Origin: Octopus bimaculoides
Taxonomy: Eukaryota
NCBI RefSeq assembly: GCF_001194135.2
Contig: NC_068984.1
Location: 35,009,392 to 35,073,102, forward strand
Direction: 5' to 3'
Length of the DNA stretch: 63,711 nt
A model generated the notes under the pieces. The model made no database searches and was not told where the DNA came from. It was given only the letters and a program-made list of their open reading frames with translations. The stretch's first letter is position 1; every line of letters starts with the position of its first letter. Positions 1 to 13,087 of the stretch are shown here, one piece after another. Made by a program: the position numbers and the translations under genes.

Positions 1-21
1 TATATATATATATATATATAA

Positions 22-56
<35 letters not shown>

Positions 57-81
57 TGTATGTATATATATATATATATAT

Positions 82-262
82 AGTGATTCCTCCGAAACCA
101 GAAGTACAAACAGGAAAAAGCAACAACGCGAGGACGTGGTATAAGTAACGTATTATCAGACGCCCAGGAAAGGAAAGAAAGACGATTTAATATTTTGAAC
201 ACAACTCTTCTTCAGAAATAAAGGAAAGTCCAAAAGAAGGGAAGACAGAGGAAGAAAATTTC
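82..262 (-). mobile_element. Penelope-like terminal-repeat relic with decayed hammerhead-like motif
   Basis: The minus strand reads TTTCTGAAGAAGAGTTGTGTTCAAAATATT, a decayed CTGANGA-A-stem-GAAACGTT pattern. Inserted next to (TA)n. Confidence 0.45.
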
Positions 263-2595
263 CATATATGATGATGATATAAGTTAATTCATGCGTAGAT
301 GCGTGGGCTTGCGTGTACGTACACATAACTGTATATACTTATATTTGCATACTGAATTCATAAAATTGTCAAGTATAGATTTCCTTTTCGACTGACTTAC
401 ATATACTGACACGAAACATGTAGCTATATACACTTTAAAATATAATTCGAATATGAAAATTAACAGGCACACCTTCTATCAACTCTCCTAATGATCAACA
501 GCTCAACACTCTTATCGATCATTTTACTCGCTTTACACCAATAGTACCTCATATACAAACGCAGGCAGCGAGATATGCATGCATACATACACATTATTGC
601 ACATTAAAACTTGTTCACTATTTTACCGCATTGTGTTGAACCACCCTAAAATAAGAATGCTATTTCTCTAAACGCTCTGTTTATCTTCTATTGCTTTGCT
701 AATATGGTTGAGAAAATTAATAAACAGCGTAGTAACCCGATTTTTCTCTGTAAAATAATCGGGAAGTTTCTGATTAAAACCAGAAGTTTGAAAGCCCTAG
801 CATCAGAGAACTGCAATTAGCGAGCCATATATGCTGGAAAGAATAATGAATCATTCATATTGGGAATCCAAATATCTGCATCCGAACACACTAAGCAACA
901 TTAATTAGAATGTTATAATACATTAATTAACCAGATAGCTATAATGCTTTAAATATCCTCATCTATTGGTGAAAGCAAATTACATTAAATCATCTATTTT
1001 GGACATACGCTTAACATTACTCTCATATGAGCAATTAGAAATCAACCAACAGTTCTAAAGTTAAATGCCGGCGAAATAATTTCTGCCTTGGAGAGATTTC
1101 CCCTACTTGCACGGATAAAAAATTATAATAAATGAATTTTCCTAATAACACAGGTCCAAACTTAATTTCATTGTGTAAAAAGTTAGATAATATTATTGTC
1201 GGCATAGCAAGGGTTTGGGGTATAATATTAAAACATTGACGTCTCACGGATTGCGAACGTAGTTATTGCCATTTCTTCTTCCACATCTGAACGTTATATA
1301 CATGTAGCAGAGCTGTAGGCATAAATTTAGCTACTTTATTTATGCGGATTGAACATCTTTAGTACTGCGAGAAAGCGAAAGTAGGACACCCAATCAAAGA
1401 CAAGACATATGTAAAGGAAAACTGGAAAAGATAGCTCTCACTGAAGAGTATTTTTAAGAGGGGTTTTTTTTTTTAGTTTTCAGTTTTTAAATATATAAAA
1501 TTAAGAAATGTAGCTCGCTCACGAACTCCCTGTATTCATGAACACCTATGTATGTATCATGTAACCAAATATATCTATCTACCAACTTCTAATCATACAT
1601 ACCTGCTTAACTTTGCACCTATGGTCTTTCTATCAAACATAAGTAACAAGCAGATAAGGAATTAAAACTGCCTGTATTCCCATGCACACAACATAACACA
1701 TCAACATACAAACAGTGACTTCAAATATTTCTATTTTCATTGGATTAATATTTCATTTCTTTCACCCCATTCACGCTCTTTCACTCTCACTCACTCTTTC
1801 AGTTTCTTATTCTCTCTCTGATTTAGTTTCTCTCTCTGCATCTCTCTCGCACGTCTTTGCCTCTGCACGTAATAAATTAATTCATTTCACCTCGCATTTC
1901 CTATGCATCCATGAATAACTGCACGTTTGATTGCACGCGGCATTACGTGCATGCCTAAACCTAACGTCTCTTCTGATCGATGCATTGACATTCTTTTTCA
2001 GTATGTGCTTACTCAGTGTTGATCAATACCGAGCAAAATGCCGCAAGTTTGTTTACTTGATTTAACTGCAAGCGTGAAAAAAAAAAAAGTAAAAAGGAGA
2101 AAATAATTGTTGAACTCACATCTATATGTAAAATAAAAATAAAATACAAATATATACATATTCTGTCTCGCTCTAACCGCTGTCTCACTCTAACCGCTGT
2201 CTCACTATAATTCAAGCATGTGGGCAAACACGCATGCACGCACAAACACATAAACTCATATACAAACTCGCCTACGCGTCAAAATTAGAGAAAGAAAGGA
2301 TATATTTGTGGTATAACAGAAGTAGATCCAGTGGATCCACACGGATTCAGAGAAGAATGTGAGCACGTGTGGATTATGAGTGCTTCTCTTGGGTGCGCGT
2401 GCGAGTCTGTGTGAGCAAGCACACTATTGTATCATTCTTTACGGAATATGAAAATGATAGTCACTATTCTAGAACGATAACTAAATGCAATTGATTCCTC
2501 ATGTTCTTGATAGTATACGTCTACGAATGTATATATACATATACATGTGTGTATGTATGTGCGTACGTGCGTGTTTTTGTATGAATATATGTATG

Positions 2596-2627
<32 letters not shown>

Positions 2628-4048
2628 NNNNNNNNNNNNNNNNNNNNNNNNNNNNNNNNNNNNNNNNNNNNNNNNNNNNNNNNNNNNNNNNNNNNNNNNN
2701 NNNNNNNNNNNNNNNNNNNNNNNNNNNNNNNNNNNNNNNNNNNNNNNNNNNNNNNNNNNNNNNNNNNNNNNNNNNNNNNNNNNNNTATATATACACATAT
2801 GTGTGTGTAAATACATATATGCATGTAAGCATATGGACGTGCTTGTATCTAATTTTCTGACATTTCAGGGTCAACTGAAGGAAATATGTCAACCGCCAAC
2901 AGGATAATCACACGCATACACCTACACAAAGACACACATACACCTACACAAACACACACACATACACCTAGTCAAACACGCACACACACACACGCATACA
3001 TGCATATATACTTATACAAATACTACAGACCATATTCCCTGACCCTTCCGGACCAGTATTGTACAGTGTATCTTTCTTTTTCTTTTTTTTCTTTTGTAAC
3101 TTCTCTTGTATTTCAGTATCTTTCGTCTTTCTGATAACGTGTACACCTGAAACGTAAAACTCTCTTCAGAGTGATTGTGCACTTTTTTAGCTATAGTTTT
3201 TCGCTCTACATTACCGTTGTTTTTTTAGCTGTTAATTCGATTATTTGTCTCCATCACGTATTATATTCTTGTCTCCTCTTTGCATCACGGTTAGCTCATA
3301 ATTTTACTCGTGATATTTGTGTAATCTGAAACAGATCTATCTATACATGCATACACATACATATATATATATCTATATATATATAAGGCAGGATGTATGT
3401 GTGTGTACTTGAATGTACTTTATGCACGTCCATAAATTAGCACGCATGTCGCTCCAATTTTAGGACATTCGTCATGACTCTAGCTGTATTTTCATCAGCT
3501 GATTTTCCTCAGAGGCACCAGCGAATAGCGGTAAAAATAAATTTCCATCCAAAATATTTAACAATTTTAAATTAAAAAAAATTCACATTTGTTTACAAAC
3601 AGGAGTTAAGTCCCTTTCTATGTATGCGTGCAAAAAATATATATGCAATTGGTGTACGTACGTACGTGTGTGTATTTTGTGTGTGTGTCTGTTGCTCATA
3701 TATATATATATGTATATGTACATATACTTAAGACTTAGTTGTGATCTGAACATAACCGCTTCTGACACAGAGAATCGGGAGCCATTTGGGGCATTTTATT
3801 TTCCTTGCTTGAAGGGTTCCCAACCCATGGGCAAAGAGGGGTTAGATGATAGGGGTGGTGTTTCCAAAGGGCTGGCATGTGTAACCTGATTACCCCTGCC
3901 GATGAAAATCTCATCACATACGCTCTCGTCGCGTTACTGGTTCTGCCCAAATTTGACGTCGCTGTTACTTAGTTTGGTTTGAAATAAAGAACTTGATTAC
4001 CTTTAATAATCCTAAGTTAATCCTGGGCAAAGCCGCACTATACTGCCA

Positions 4049-4084
<36 letters not shown>

Positions 4085-4086
<2 letters not shown>

Positions 4087-4700
4087 TTTGATATGCCGGT
4101 TGAAGACCTTTACACATTTAATACTCTGTATTTTAGTAGGTCTTACATTTTTTCTTCTGTATATGTCTTCTATTTCTCTTAACCCCGGAAAGATATACTG
4201 AAAATATCCACTAGCTTCGCTACTCATGATGGATATTGGTTTCAGGGAAAGACTTGTGCAGTATCATGTTGGAGGCTAAAATATGACTGTTAATAGATTT
4301 TGACATTGTTTTTTTCAGTCGTATATCGGTTACATATTTCGCATCCCCAACGCTATAATCTGCCTTTCAACTTCGTTCTCTCTTTGTATCAATTTGAAAA
4401 TGCCCACAAATGTCTCTTTAGCTTCGGATAAGAGGAAATGGTCTATGCCTCAAATGACTTAGTCGCTTTCAGCTTTCGAGTTAAATTTCATTGGGTTCAA
4501 ACAACAGACGTCGATTTCAATCACTAATGGTGTGTGTAAATTTTGTTATTCGTTTAACTGCAATATGGTGAAATGCATGGTGTTCTGTGTGCCCTAGCTG
4601 CAGTTGATACTGCTGCTCATGTTGCTGTCGACCACCTGCGTTTCTTGTCCCAGAGGCTTATTTTCGAAGACCTCGTGCTTGTAAAAACCACTATGAAATC
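4085..4700 (-). pseudogene. Possible very old RTE-type LINE C-terminal relic
   Basis: Weak colinear minus-strand traces (KKRRWSTAT*AAVS; KSFEA; NEVERQI; SHIL; KRNRRHIQKK) in the order expected for the RTE post-RT region. Confidence 0.3.
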
Positions 4701-5217
4701 AGAATAAAATGCGGTATGAAAGCAGAAAGTCCAGCTGATACACACACCACAGTATAGGTAATCTGCGAAAAATTATACAACGCAGAGGTCCAACAATTGT
4801 AGCTTCAGACACATCAAAATATATCACCGTACCACTGGTTCAAAGAGCCGAAGAGAAAAACGAAATGACTGTCTTCTGGTGATTACAGCCAGTAATATTC
4901 AATAGATTTGGACAACACACACACATTCATTAAGATAGCGAAAAAGATAACGAAGAAAAAAAAACGTAATGCAATTTACACCAAGCAAGGATAGAAATCA
5001 AAATGTAAGGATAACAGTCTCACTCAAAACACGTCGTATTCAGCTGGGACTTTTTCGTTGAAAGGAAGAAAATATAACTGCAAACAGAAACGAACTTGTA
5101 AATATTATGGTCACTCTAAAATAAAGACCGCGGAGTTGCTTATAACAGAGTAGTTAGAACGATGGACAATATGCTATGCGATATTTCTTTGAGTAATTTA
5201 GACTCTAGTTTTCAAAT

Positions 5218-5244
5218 CTCTTCTTCTTCTTCTTCTTCTTCTTC

Positions 5245-5311
<67 letters not shown>

Positions 5312-5328
5312 CATCATTATTATTATTG
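5218..5328 (+). repeat. Compound (TTC)n-(TTA)n array
   Basis: Seen directly. Confidence 0.95.
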
Positions 5329-5793
5329 TTGGGTCGATATATTGAAAAACCGAAGAACGATAGTTTCAATGCCTTCCGGTGTTTAGATTCTCCCTTTATT
5401 TACCTTTAGAGATCAACACCACAGCGGAGTGGACTCGGTGATTCATCTCACCCTGCTAAATAAATTATGAAGCACTCTATTTTGGGGGGATCAATTAAAT
5501 TGACAGCAACGTTCCCCGAATATTTATGGTTTTGTAAATCGTATTAAGATTGTCGTTGTTATTGTCGGTATTGTTCTTGTTAAGATGCTATATATTTTGT
5601 TGTTGGTCCCTCTATGTCCAACGTTTATTATCACATATCTTGGTTTTGTCTTTCATCCAACATTGGTCAATAAAATGACATAAACCATAAACTGACGCTA
5701 TTTCAATAGACTATAAAATTCCCTTAAAATATGACTTTCTATGATGTAACAAAAGTCAATATTATCATTTTTGCTAGGCGGTGGATCAGCAAA

Positions 5794-5880
5794 ATCGTTA
5801 GAGCATCGGAAAAATTGCCAGCGCTACCTAGTTACAGCGCCTTAACTTCCGAGCTCAAATGTCGCATGAGTATTCGATGA
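5794..5880 (+). mobile_element. Degenerate SINE family 1 head
   Basis: AGGCGGTGGATCAGCAAAATCGTTAGAGCATCGG...GAGCTCAAAT aligns loosely to the family-1 5' end. Confidence 0.5.
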
Positions 5881-7916
5881 AATAATATATAGTCGTGGGT
5901 CTGTATATATTATGTATATTGATCTACCAAAGGATGAGGGTTTGTGCCTAAGCTAACAATCAATATTCCTCTAATGCGTGCTTTTGATGGGAGAAAAGTT
6001 GGCATCAGTATATGAAACTATATTTATTTAAATATTTCACTCTTGAGCTATAGATCCCACCCAACACATGTATATACTAATATGTATATATGTTTGTGTG
6101 AATGTATGTATGCATGTATGCGTGTATTTGTGTGCGTGAGTATATTCACACACATTATATAGGTATGAAGTACAGAATGGGCGGTAATGTTGCTTATGCA
6201 ACTCAAGTGCAAGAGCCACTCTGAATGGCACTCTTCAAACCATATGTATGTATATATGTGTATATATATATATATACATACATAAATATATGTATATATA
6301 TANNNNNNNNNNNNNNNNNNNNNNNNNNNNNNNNNNNNNNNNNNNNNNNNNNNNNNNNNNNNNNNNNNNNNNNNNNNNNNNNNNNNNNNNNNNNNNNNNN
6401 NNNNNNNNNNNNNNNNNNNNNNNNNNNNNNNNNNNNNNNNNNNNNNNNNNNNNNNNNNNNNNNNNNNNNNNNNNNNNNNNNNNNNNNNNNNNNNNNNNNN
6501 NNNNNNNNNNNNNNNNNNNNNNNNNNNNNNNNNNNNNNNNNNNNNNNNNNNNNNNNNNNNNNNNNNNNNNNNNNNNNNNNNNNNNNNNNNNNNNNNNNNN
6601 NNNNNNNNNNNNNNNNNNNNNNNNNNNNNNNNNNNNNNNNNNNNNNNNNNNNNNNNNNNNNNNNNNNNNNNNNNNNNNNNNNNNNNNNNNNNNNNNNNNN
6701 NNNNNNNNNNNNNNNNNNNNNNNNNNNNNNNNNNNNNNNNNNNNNGTGTGTGTGTGTCCTCATGTGTGTGTGTCTCCGTGTGTGTGCGTGTGTATGTGTA
6801 CGTGTGTGTTTTGTGTGTATGTGTGAATGTGTTTAGAGAATCATGTTTTTCCCTTTACTTCGCTTAACAATTATTCTCCTTAACAACGATAATGTGTGAA
6901 GTGCAAGGAAAAATGGTTGCTGATACAAAATAAAAACGCTTAATACAAAATAAGTATAAAAAAACCTTTGTATATTGCTGTAGTATCACTGATGTTGATA
7001 GCCGACTGGTGGGAGTTAAGGGTGCAATTAATTCATAGGAGTAATCTATTTATCTATTGATTGATTTCTTTATCAAACACTGATCTAATCGATCGATCGA
7101 CATCTTGAAACTATATTTGATTTAACGATAATAATTACAAATATATAAAACTTTACGTTGGTTTATATTTTGTGTCTTTTTTTATGTTCGCCTCAAAAAC
7201 ACCACCACCATCACCATCATCATCGTCATAATCGTCAGCAGCAGCAAAAGCACCCATCCGTCGTCTTTGCTTTTATCGATAGTGGTATCAACAATACCAC
7301 TACTGTTTTGCCCTCCACGCTGCTTAAAATTGCGTAAACGTGTGAGATTTTGTATATACACATTTGTACGTCTGCGTGGTGGAAGAAATACGAGTGATTA
7401 TATACACGTGTTTATGTGCATGTATATCATACAAGATTGCTATATTTATGTTGAGAATTCGAAATGTTCCCACAATTATCTTAGGTTCTATAGAATCGTT
7501 AGCCTGTTTTGCAATTTTTGTTTCTTGTATGAATGTCCATATTCAGCGTAACCAATTGTGTTACTTAAGGATTTGCTGCGGTAAGTAAGTTATATATTTT
7601 CAGAATTGTTTCTAATTTAGTTTGGTTATTAATTTCAAGCTGTTGTCAATATGTTCTTGTATTAATATACAAACATGAATAGTACACACTTATATGCCAT
7701 TGTTCGCGATTGATTTATTTTATTTGAAACGTGTCATAACTTCTAATTCACGAGGTGCCCACAAAGCAACGAGAAGTCACATAATTGCATATCTATTTAT
7801 TCCTCTGTTTATTCCCAATACTTTTTTCTTCAGATTCGAACGTGAATATTTTGATCAGTTTCATTTTTCATTGAAAAACAGTTCCCTTAAGACAATGAGT
7901 AATACATAATCCGTTC

Positions 7917-8225
7917 ACACGAGGGGTATTTTGCGTACACATAATGAACTGTCATCGGCGTGGTACTCATCGGCACGCTGCAAACAATTTGTCTTGTTAT
8001 TTTTATAACCAAAGCTATGGACTTGTTTTAGGCGCATTGAACTGGGCGTTGCTTCCACTGAGGAGAGACACAACTTTGTCAAAAGATTGAGGTGCCACTA
8101 AATACGATTTTACCTTGTGTGACATGAACATACATTGTCATAAAGGAAGTGCTATTCTCCGATGACGAAGTACAACAGCGATCAGAATATTCACTATAGG
8201 TTCTACCGCGAATTATTGAGAATCA
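7917..8225 (+). mobile_element. Old mariner relic (TIR start plus transposase C-terminal remnant)
   Basis: Begins ACACGAGGGGTA, a TIR type similar to that at 57050. DFTLCD resembles DLxPCD (third catalytic D), and FSDDEVQ...FYRE resembles the mariner C-terminus. Confidence 0.5.
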
Positions 8226-8539
8226 AAAAATACGTTATTTTCATCAACGGTTTTAATTGGGAAAATCAAAACGGCCATCACAATGACTGAGAAAAACATA
8301 CAGCATAGGAGGACTGATGACTTACTTGGGTTAGTGCTGAGGCAATACACACAAACATGCACACACACACTGTTACACATATATTTAGTCACATGCGCAT
8401 ATCAGCGACAGCATTGCCCCAACACAAACAAAAAATAGAGTTCCATCGATTGGCAAGTGTTCATAGTAACAAACTTAATAGTTTATAGATTATGTATTTA
8501 TCGCTTCTACAATGACCTATGAACTCTGACCTCTCTATT

Positions 8540-8720
8540 TTTACACTCATTTCTGTTTAATATCCCATTCCACTTGCCTCTATATTCAGGACCGACTTCA
8601 AACAATTCATCCAAGTCTTCGTCCCGAGAGTTATAACCCATTAAATTCTCTCCGCCTCATGTTTCTCTTACAGTTGATCTGATTGAATATCGATTTCCAT
8701 TAAACTTAACAGAGAATGTT
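8540..8720 (+). pseudogene. Possible L2/CR1-like LINE 3' end relic
   Basis: FVPRVIT...NSL(P)PHV...VDL resembles the FFPRTxxLWNSLP terminal motif of L2/CR1-group LINEs. Confidence 0.35.
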
Positions 8721-9814
8721 CTGAAAGGTAAATGTCACAACTCAAGCCAATTCAGAAACTTACTTTTCTCACAAATACTAAGATTTAGATTCAACATTTA
8801 TACACCGATCAGACTTGCACTAAAACTTCCAAGACAAACTAAAACATATAATCTTTCTTTTCGAAAGCCACAATATATGAACATTGTGTCAATACAATTT
8901 ATAAGAGTTTCAGCTAAGCGATCGCAGGACGCTAAAGGACAACAGAAAAGGATCAAAGGACTTTCCCGAGCCATAGGTTTATAAGGCCCATTTCTTGGAA
9001 TCAGCAGTGTATATATANNNNNNNNNNNNNNNNNNNNNNNNNNNNNNNNNNNNNNNNNNNNNNNNNNNNNNNNNNNNNNNNNNNNNNNNNNNNNNNNNNN
9101 NNNNNNNNNNNNNNNNNNNNNNNNNNNNNNNNNNNNNNNNNNNNNNNNNNNNNNNNNNNNNNNNNNNNNNNNNNNNNNNNNNNNNNNNNNNNNNNNNNNN
9201 NNNNNNNNNNNNNNNNNNNNNNNNNNNNNNNNNNNNNNNNNNNNNNNNNNNNNNNNNNNNNNNNNNNNNNNNNNNNNNNNNNNNNNNNNNNNNNNNNNNN
9301 NNNNNNNNNNNNNNNNNNNNNNNNNNNNNNNNNNNNNNNNNNNNNNNNNNNNNNNNNNNNNNNNNNNNNNNNNNNNNNNNNNNNNNNNNNNNNNNNNNNN
9401 NNNNNNNNNNNNNNNNNNNNNNNNNNNNNNNNNNNNNNNNNNNNNNNNNNNNNNNNNNNNNNNNNNNNNNNNNNNNNNNNNNNNNNNNNNNNNNNNNNNN
9501 NNNNNNNNNNNNNNNNNNNNNNNNNNNNNNNNNNNNNNNNNNNNNNNNNNNNNNNNNNNNNNNNNNNNNNNNNNNNNNNNNNNNNNNNNNNNNNNNNNNN
9601 NNNNNNNNNNNNNNNNNNNNNNNNNNNNNNNNNNNNNNNNNNNNNNNNNNNNNNNNNNNNNNNNNNNNNNNNNNNNNNNNNNNNNNNNNNNNNNNNNNNN
9701 NNNNNNNNNNNNNNNNNNNNNNNNNNNNNNNNNNNNNNNNNNNNNNNNNNNNNNNNNNNNNNNNNNNNNNNNNNNNNNNNNNNNNNNNNNNNNATATATA
9801 TATATATATATATA

Positions 9815-9930
9815 GCTGAATGAACACGGTATCAAGTATCTTGCCAAAAACACAACATATCATCCAATCCAAGAATCGAAACCGAACTTATACGATAATT
9901 AGTGCAGCACTTTAACTACCAAGCCAATTG
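9815..9930 (-). mobile_element. tRNA-related SINE, family 3
   Basis: The minus strand reads TGGCTTGGTAGTTAAAGTGCTGCACT...GGTTTCGATTCTTGG...GTTGTGTTTTTGGCAAGATACTT (A- and B-box-like); homologous to 46440 and 58228. Confidence 0.65.
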
Positions 9931-10589
9931 TCATCACTTGCGTGCAGTATGTACTGAGTCGAATAACATGATATGTCTTTATCAGTAAACCTGGAATTTA
10001 TAAGCAACTAATCTTTTATCAACACAGATTTCTATCTGGATTTTCATTGTAAATATAACAATATATGCGCATTAATATATATATTTACTGCAAGTCCTAT
10101 TATATTTAATGCTGTGAACTAAAGATCCTTAAAACCTAAAGATATTTCACCTTCGGACTCCGGAAGATAAAACATTTTACAAATCCGTCTATTCAGAACT
10201 TCATAAACCTATCTGCAAAACTGCCATTCAGACTACAACACTTCCCTCCTCCTCTTCTTTTGTGTATCTTTTCCTATTTTCCTAAATAGCTGTCTACTAT
10301 AAACCAAACTCAGTAATATCCACCTAACAATTTGCACAGTTAAATCAATCAACAAACGTTATAGTAAGTGGCATAATATAATAAGCTGTAGAAATCCCCA
10401 TTGCGCTAAAGACATCCATATTTCATTGTCTACAATAAGTCAGTGTCAAGTAGGGAAAAATAGCCACATATACATCGACTTAACTGCTTCATATTCATTA
10501 TAGGTTTTGTTTCATTTGCATCGCTCAATCGTTAGTAAATTGCACTAATATCTTTTGTGAGATAATGCAGTATGACTATTAACTATTTA

Positions 10590-10646
<57 letters not shown>

Positions 10647-10700
10647 CACTACTACTACTACCACTACTACTACTACTACTACAACAATGATAATAATAAT
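10590..10700 (+). repeat. (CTA)n array grading into (AAT)
   Basis: Seen directly; 3' flank of the minus-strand SINE. Confidence 0.95.
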
Positions 10701-10721
10701 GCTTTCAATTATTGCCAAAGG

Positions 10722-10914
10722 GCAAACGCTGTAATTTTGGTGGAAGGGTATAAGTCGATTACATCAACACCAGTGATTCACTGGTATTTAATTTATCGAC
10801 TCCGAAAGGCAAAGTCGAGCGTGGTGGAATTTGAACTCAGAACGTAGCGACGGTGCGAAATACCGATAAGCATTTCGTCCAATGTGCTTACCATTGTGCT
10901 AGCTCGCCGCCTTA
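10722..10914 (-). mobile_element. tRNA-related SINE, family 1
   Basis: The minus strand starts AAGGCGGCGAGCTAGC (A-box-like) and contains GAGTTCAAATTCC (B-box) and GACTTTGCCTTTCGGAGTCGATAAA. It is homologous to 21155-21336 and 46135-46322 and is embedded between trinucleotide arrays. Confidence 0.85.
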
Positions 10915-10991
10915 ATGACGATAACAATAATAATAGTAACAGTAGTGATGATGATGATGATGATCATAATAATAATAATAATAATAATAAT

Positions 10992-12533
10992 GAACAAATG
11001 GCAGACAGTGCTACAGCTCCGAACAAAAGAGGGACTTGTGAAAACGAAAGCCATCCCCATTAGAAGAGGAATATTCCAGGGAGACACGCTCTCTCCACTC
11101 CTGTTCTGCCTGGCACTCACACCTTTAACAGAATTGCTAAATAGAACTGGATGCGGTTACAAATGCTACGGAAAAACAGTCAGCCACCTTCTATATATGG
11201 ATGACCTAAAATTATATGCAAAAAACGACAAAGAGCTAGAAACACTACTACAGACAGTACACGGCTTTACCAAGGAAATAGAAATGAAATTCGGATTAGA
11301 AAAATGTGCCAAAGCAACCCTGAAAAAAGGAAAATTANNNNNNNNNNNNNNNNNNNNNNNNNNNNNNNNNNNNNNNNNNNNNNNNNNNNNNNNNNNNNNN
11401 NNNNNNNNNNNNNNNNNNNNNNNNNNNNNNNNNNNNNNNNNNNNNNNNNNNNNNNNNNNNNNNNNNNNNNNNNNNNNNNNNNNNNNNNNNNNNNNNNNNN
11501 NNNNNNNNNNNNNNNNNNNNNNNNNNNNNNNNNNNNNNNNNNNNNNNNNNNNNNNNNNNNNNNNNNNNNNNNNNNNNNNNNNNNNNNNNNNNNNNNNNNN
11601 NNNNNNNNNNNNNNNNNNNNNNNNNNNNNNNNNNNNNNNNNNNNNNNNNNNNNNNNNNNNNNNNNNNNNNNNNNNNNNNNNNNNNNNNNNNNNNNNNNNN
11701 NNNNNNNNNNNNNNNNNNNNNNNNNNNNNNNNNNNNNNNNNNNNNNNNNNNNNNNNNNNNNNNNNNNNNNNNNNNNNNNNNNNNNNNNNNNNNNNNNNNN
11801 NNNNNNNNNNNNNNNNNNNNNNNNNNNNNNNNNNNNNNNNNNNNNNNNNNNNNNNNNNNNNNNNNNNNNNNNNNNNNNNNNNNNNNNNNNNNNNNNNNNN
11901 NNNNNNNNNNNNNNNNNNNNNNNNNNNNNNNNNNNNNNNNNNNNNNNNNNNNNNNNNNNNNNNNNNNNNNNNNNNNNNNNNNNNNNNNNNNNNNNNNNNN
12001 NNNNNNNNNNNNNNNNNNNNNNNNNNNNNNNNNNNNNNNNNNNNNNNNNNNNNNNNNNNNNNNNNNNNNNNNNNNNNNNNNNNNNNNNNNNNNNNNNNNN
12101 NNNNNNNNNNNNNNNNNNNNNNNNNNNNNNNNNNNNNNNNNNNNNNNNNNNNNNNTATCAATACCAGCAGATGACAGCGTTTCTCTAAAAGAAATGGAAA
12201 AACTTTCAAAATACAAAGACCTGGAAATAGAGATAACTTGAATGTGGAATCTAAAAACAGAAACAATTCCTATCATAGTAGGTGCCTTAGGTATAATAAA
12301 AAGATATTCAGACAAATACATAACAAAAATACGAGGACTTACAAATATATATAACATACAGAAAATTGCACTACTGGGTACTGCACACATTCTACGCAAA
12401 ACACTTTCAATACAGTAAACATAAGAGCACCACAGCAAACCACAGCACATACCCAAGGCGCACAGAGCTGCGCTCGGTAGTGAAGTGAAAGCACGTTATA
12501 AAAATAAAACTACTGAATAATAATAATAATAAT
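10992..12533 (+). mobile_element. 5'-truncated R4/Dong-type non-LTR retrotransposon (copy A): RT domain, assembly gap, REL endonuclease C-terminus, 3'UTR, (AAT)n tail
   Basis: Before the gap the frame reads RRGIFQGDTLSPLLFCLALTPL...VSHLLYMDDLKLYAKN...MKFGLEKCA (RT motifs QGD, YMDD, KC). After the gap it reads SIPADDSVSLKEMEKLSKYKDLEIEIT*MWNLKTETIPIIVGALG...IQKIALLGTAHILRKTLSIQ* (REL domain; stop 12416-12418; one internal TGA). The 3'UTR carries a GCGCA-6nt-TGCGC hairpin, the (AAT)n tail is at 12516-12533, and the 5' junction abuts (ATA)n at about 10965-10991. Confidence 0.92.
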
Positions 12534-12920
12534 CGACATAATAAGAAAGAACGTGCATGCTAATCGCCATATCATGCCCCGATGACAACAGGATCAATGT
12601 AAAAGAAGAAAAAATAAAAGCATATGTGACGATTGAAAGTGATAAATACGAAGTTTGTGGTCAATGGAGAGAGTAGATTCGGTACGAATAGTAATTGGTG
12701 CACTTGGAAGTATCAGCACTCAACAACTAACGAAGCTGAAAAAGATCGGTACAAATGTTAAGGTAGAACACCTACAAAAATCAGCATTGCTTGGAGCTGC
12801 AAGAATTCTTCCCAGGGTTACTAAGGCTTGACCAGTAAAAAAAAGTGTCACCTTATCATGCTGACTGTAGACAGCTGACACTTTCCATCCTACCCATGCA
12901 AATAAACGGTGGGTGTTCTA
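12534..12920 (+). mobile_element. 5'-truncated R4/Dong-type element, different family (copy B): REL C-terminus plus 3'UTR
   Basis: Degenerate frame ...DDNRINVKEEK...IVIGALGSIS...KVEHLQKSALLGAARILPRVTKA* (stop about 12829-12831). The 3'UTR has an AAGTGTCA...TGACACTT hairpin, followed by an (AAC)n/(AAT)n tail. It starts directly in the (AAT)n tail of copy A. Confidence 0.85.
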
Positions 12921-12964
12921 ATAACAACAACAACAACAACAACAACAATGATAATAATAATAAC

Positions 12965-13030
<66 letters not shown>

Positions 13031-13087
13031 AAGAAGAAGAAGAAGAAGAAGAAGAAGAAGAAGAAGAAGAAGAAGAAGAAGAAGAAG
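12920..13087 (+). repeat. Compound trinucleotide array (AAC)n-(AAT)n-(AAG)n
   Basis: Seen directly; forms the tail of R4 copy B. Confidence 0.95.

Noticed and set aside
2171-2204. 17-bp tandem duplication CTCTAACCGCTGTCTCA (a similar one near 39917-39950)
   Set aside because: Ordinary local slippage duplication.
8674-8727. Apparent 54-nt exon (TTACAG|...DLIEYRFPLNLTENVLK...AAG|GTAAAT)
   Set aside because: It overlaps what looks like an L2/CR1-type LINE 3' end (FVPRVIT...NSLPPHV), so it is more simply an old LINE relic; exonisation cannot be excluded.
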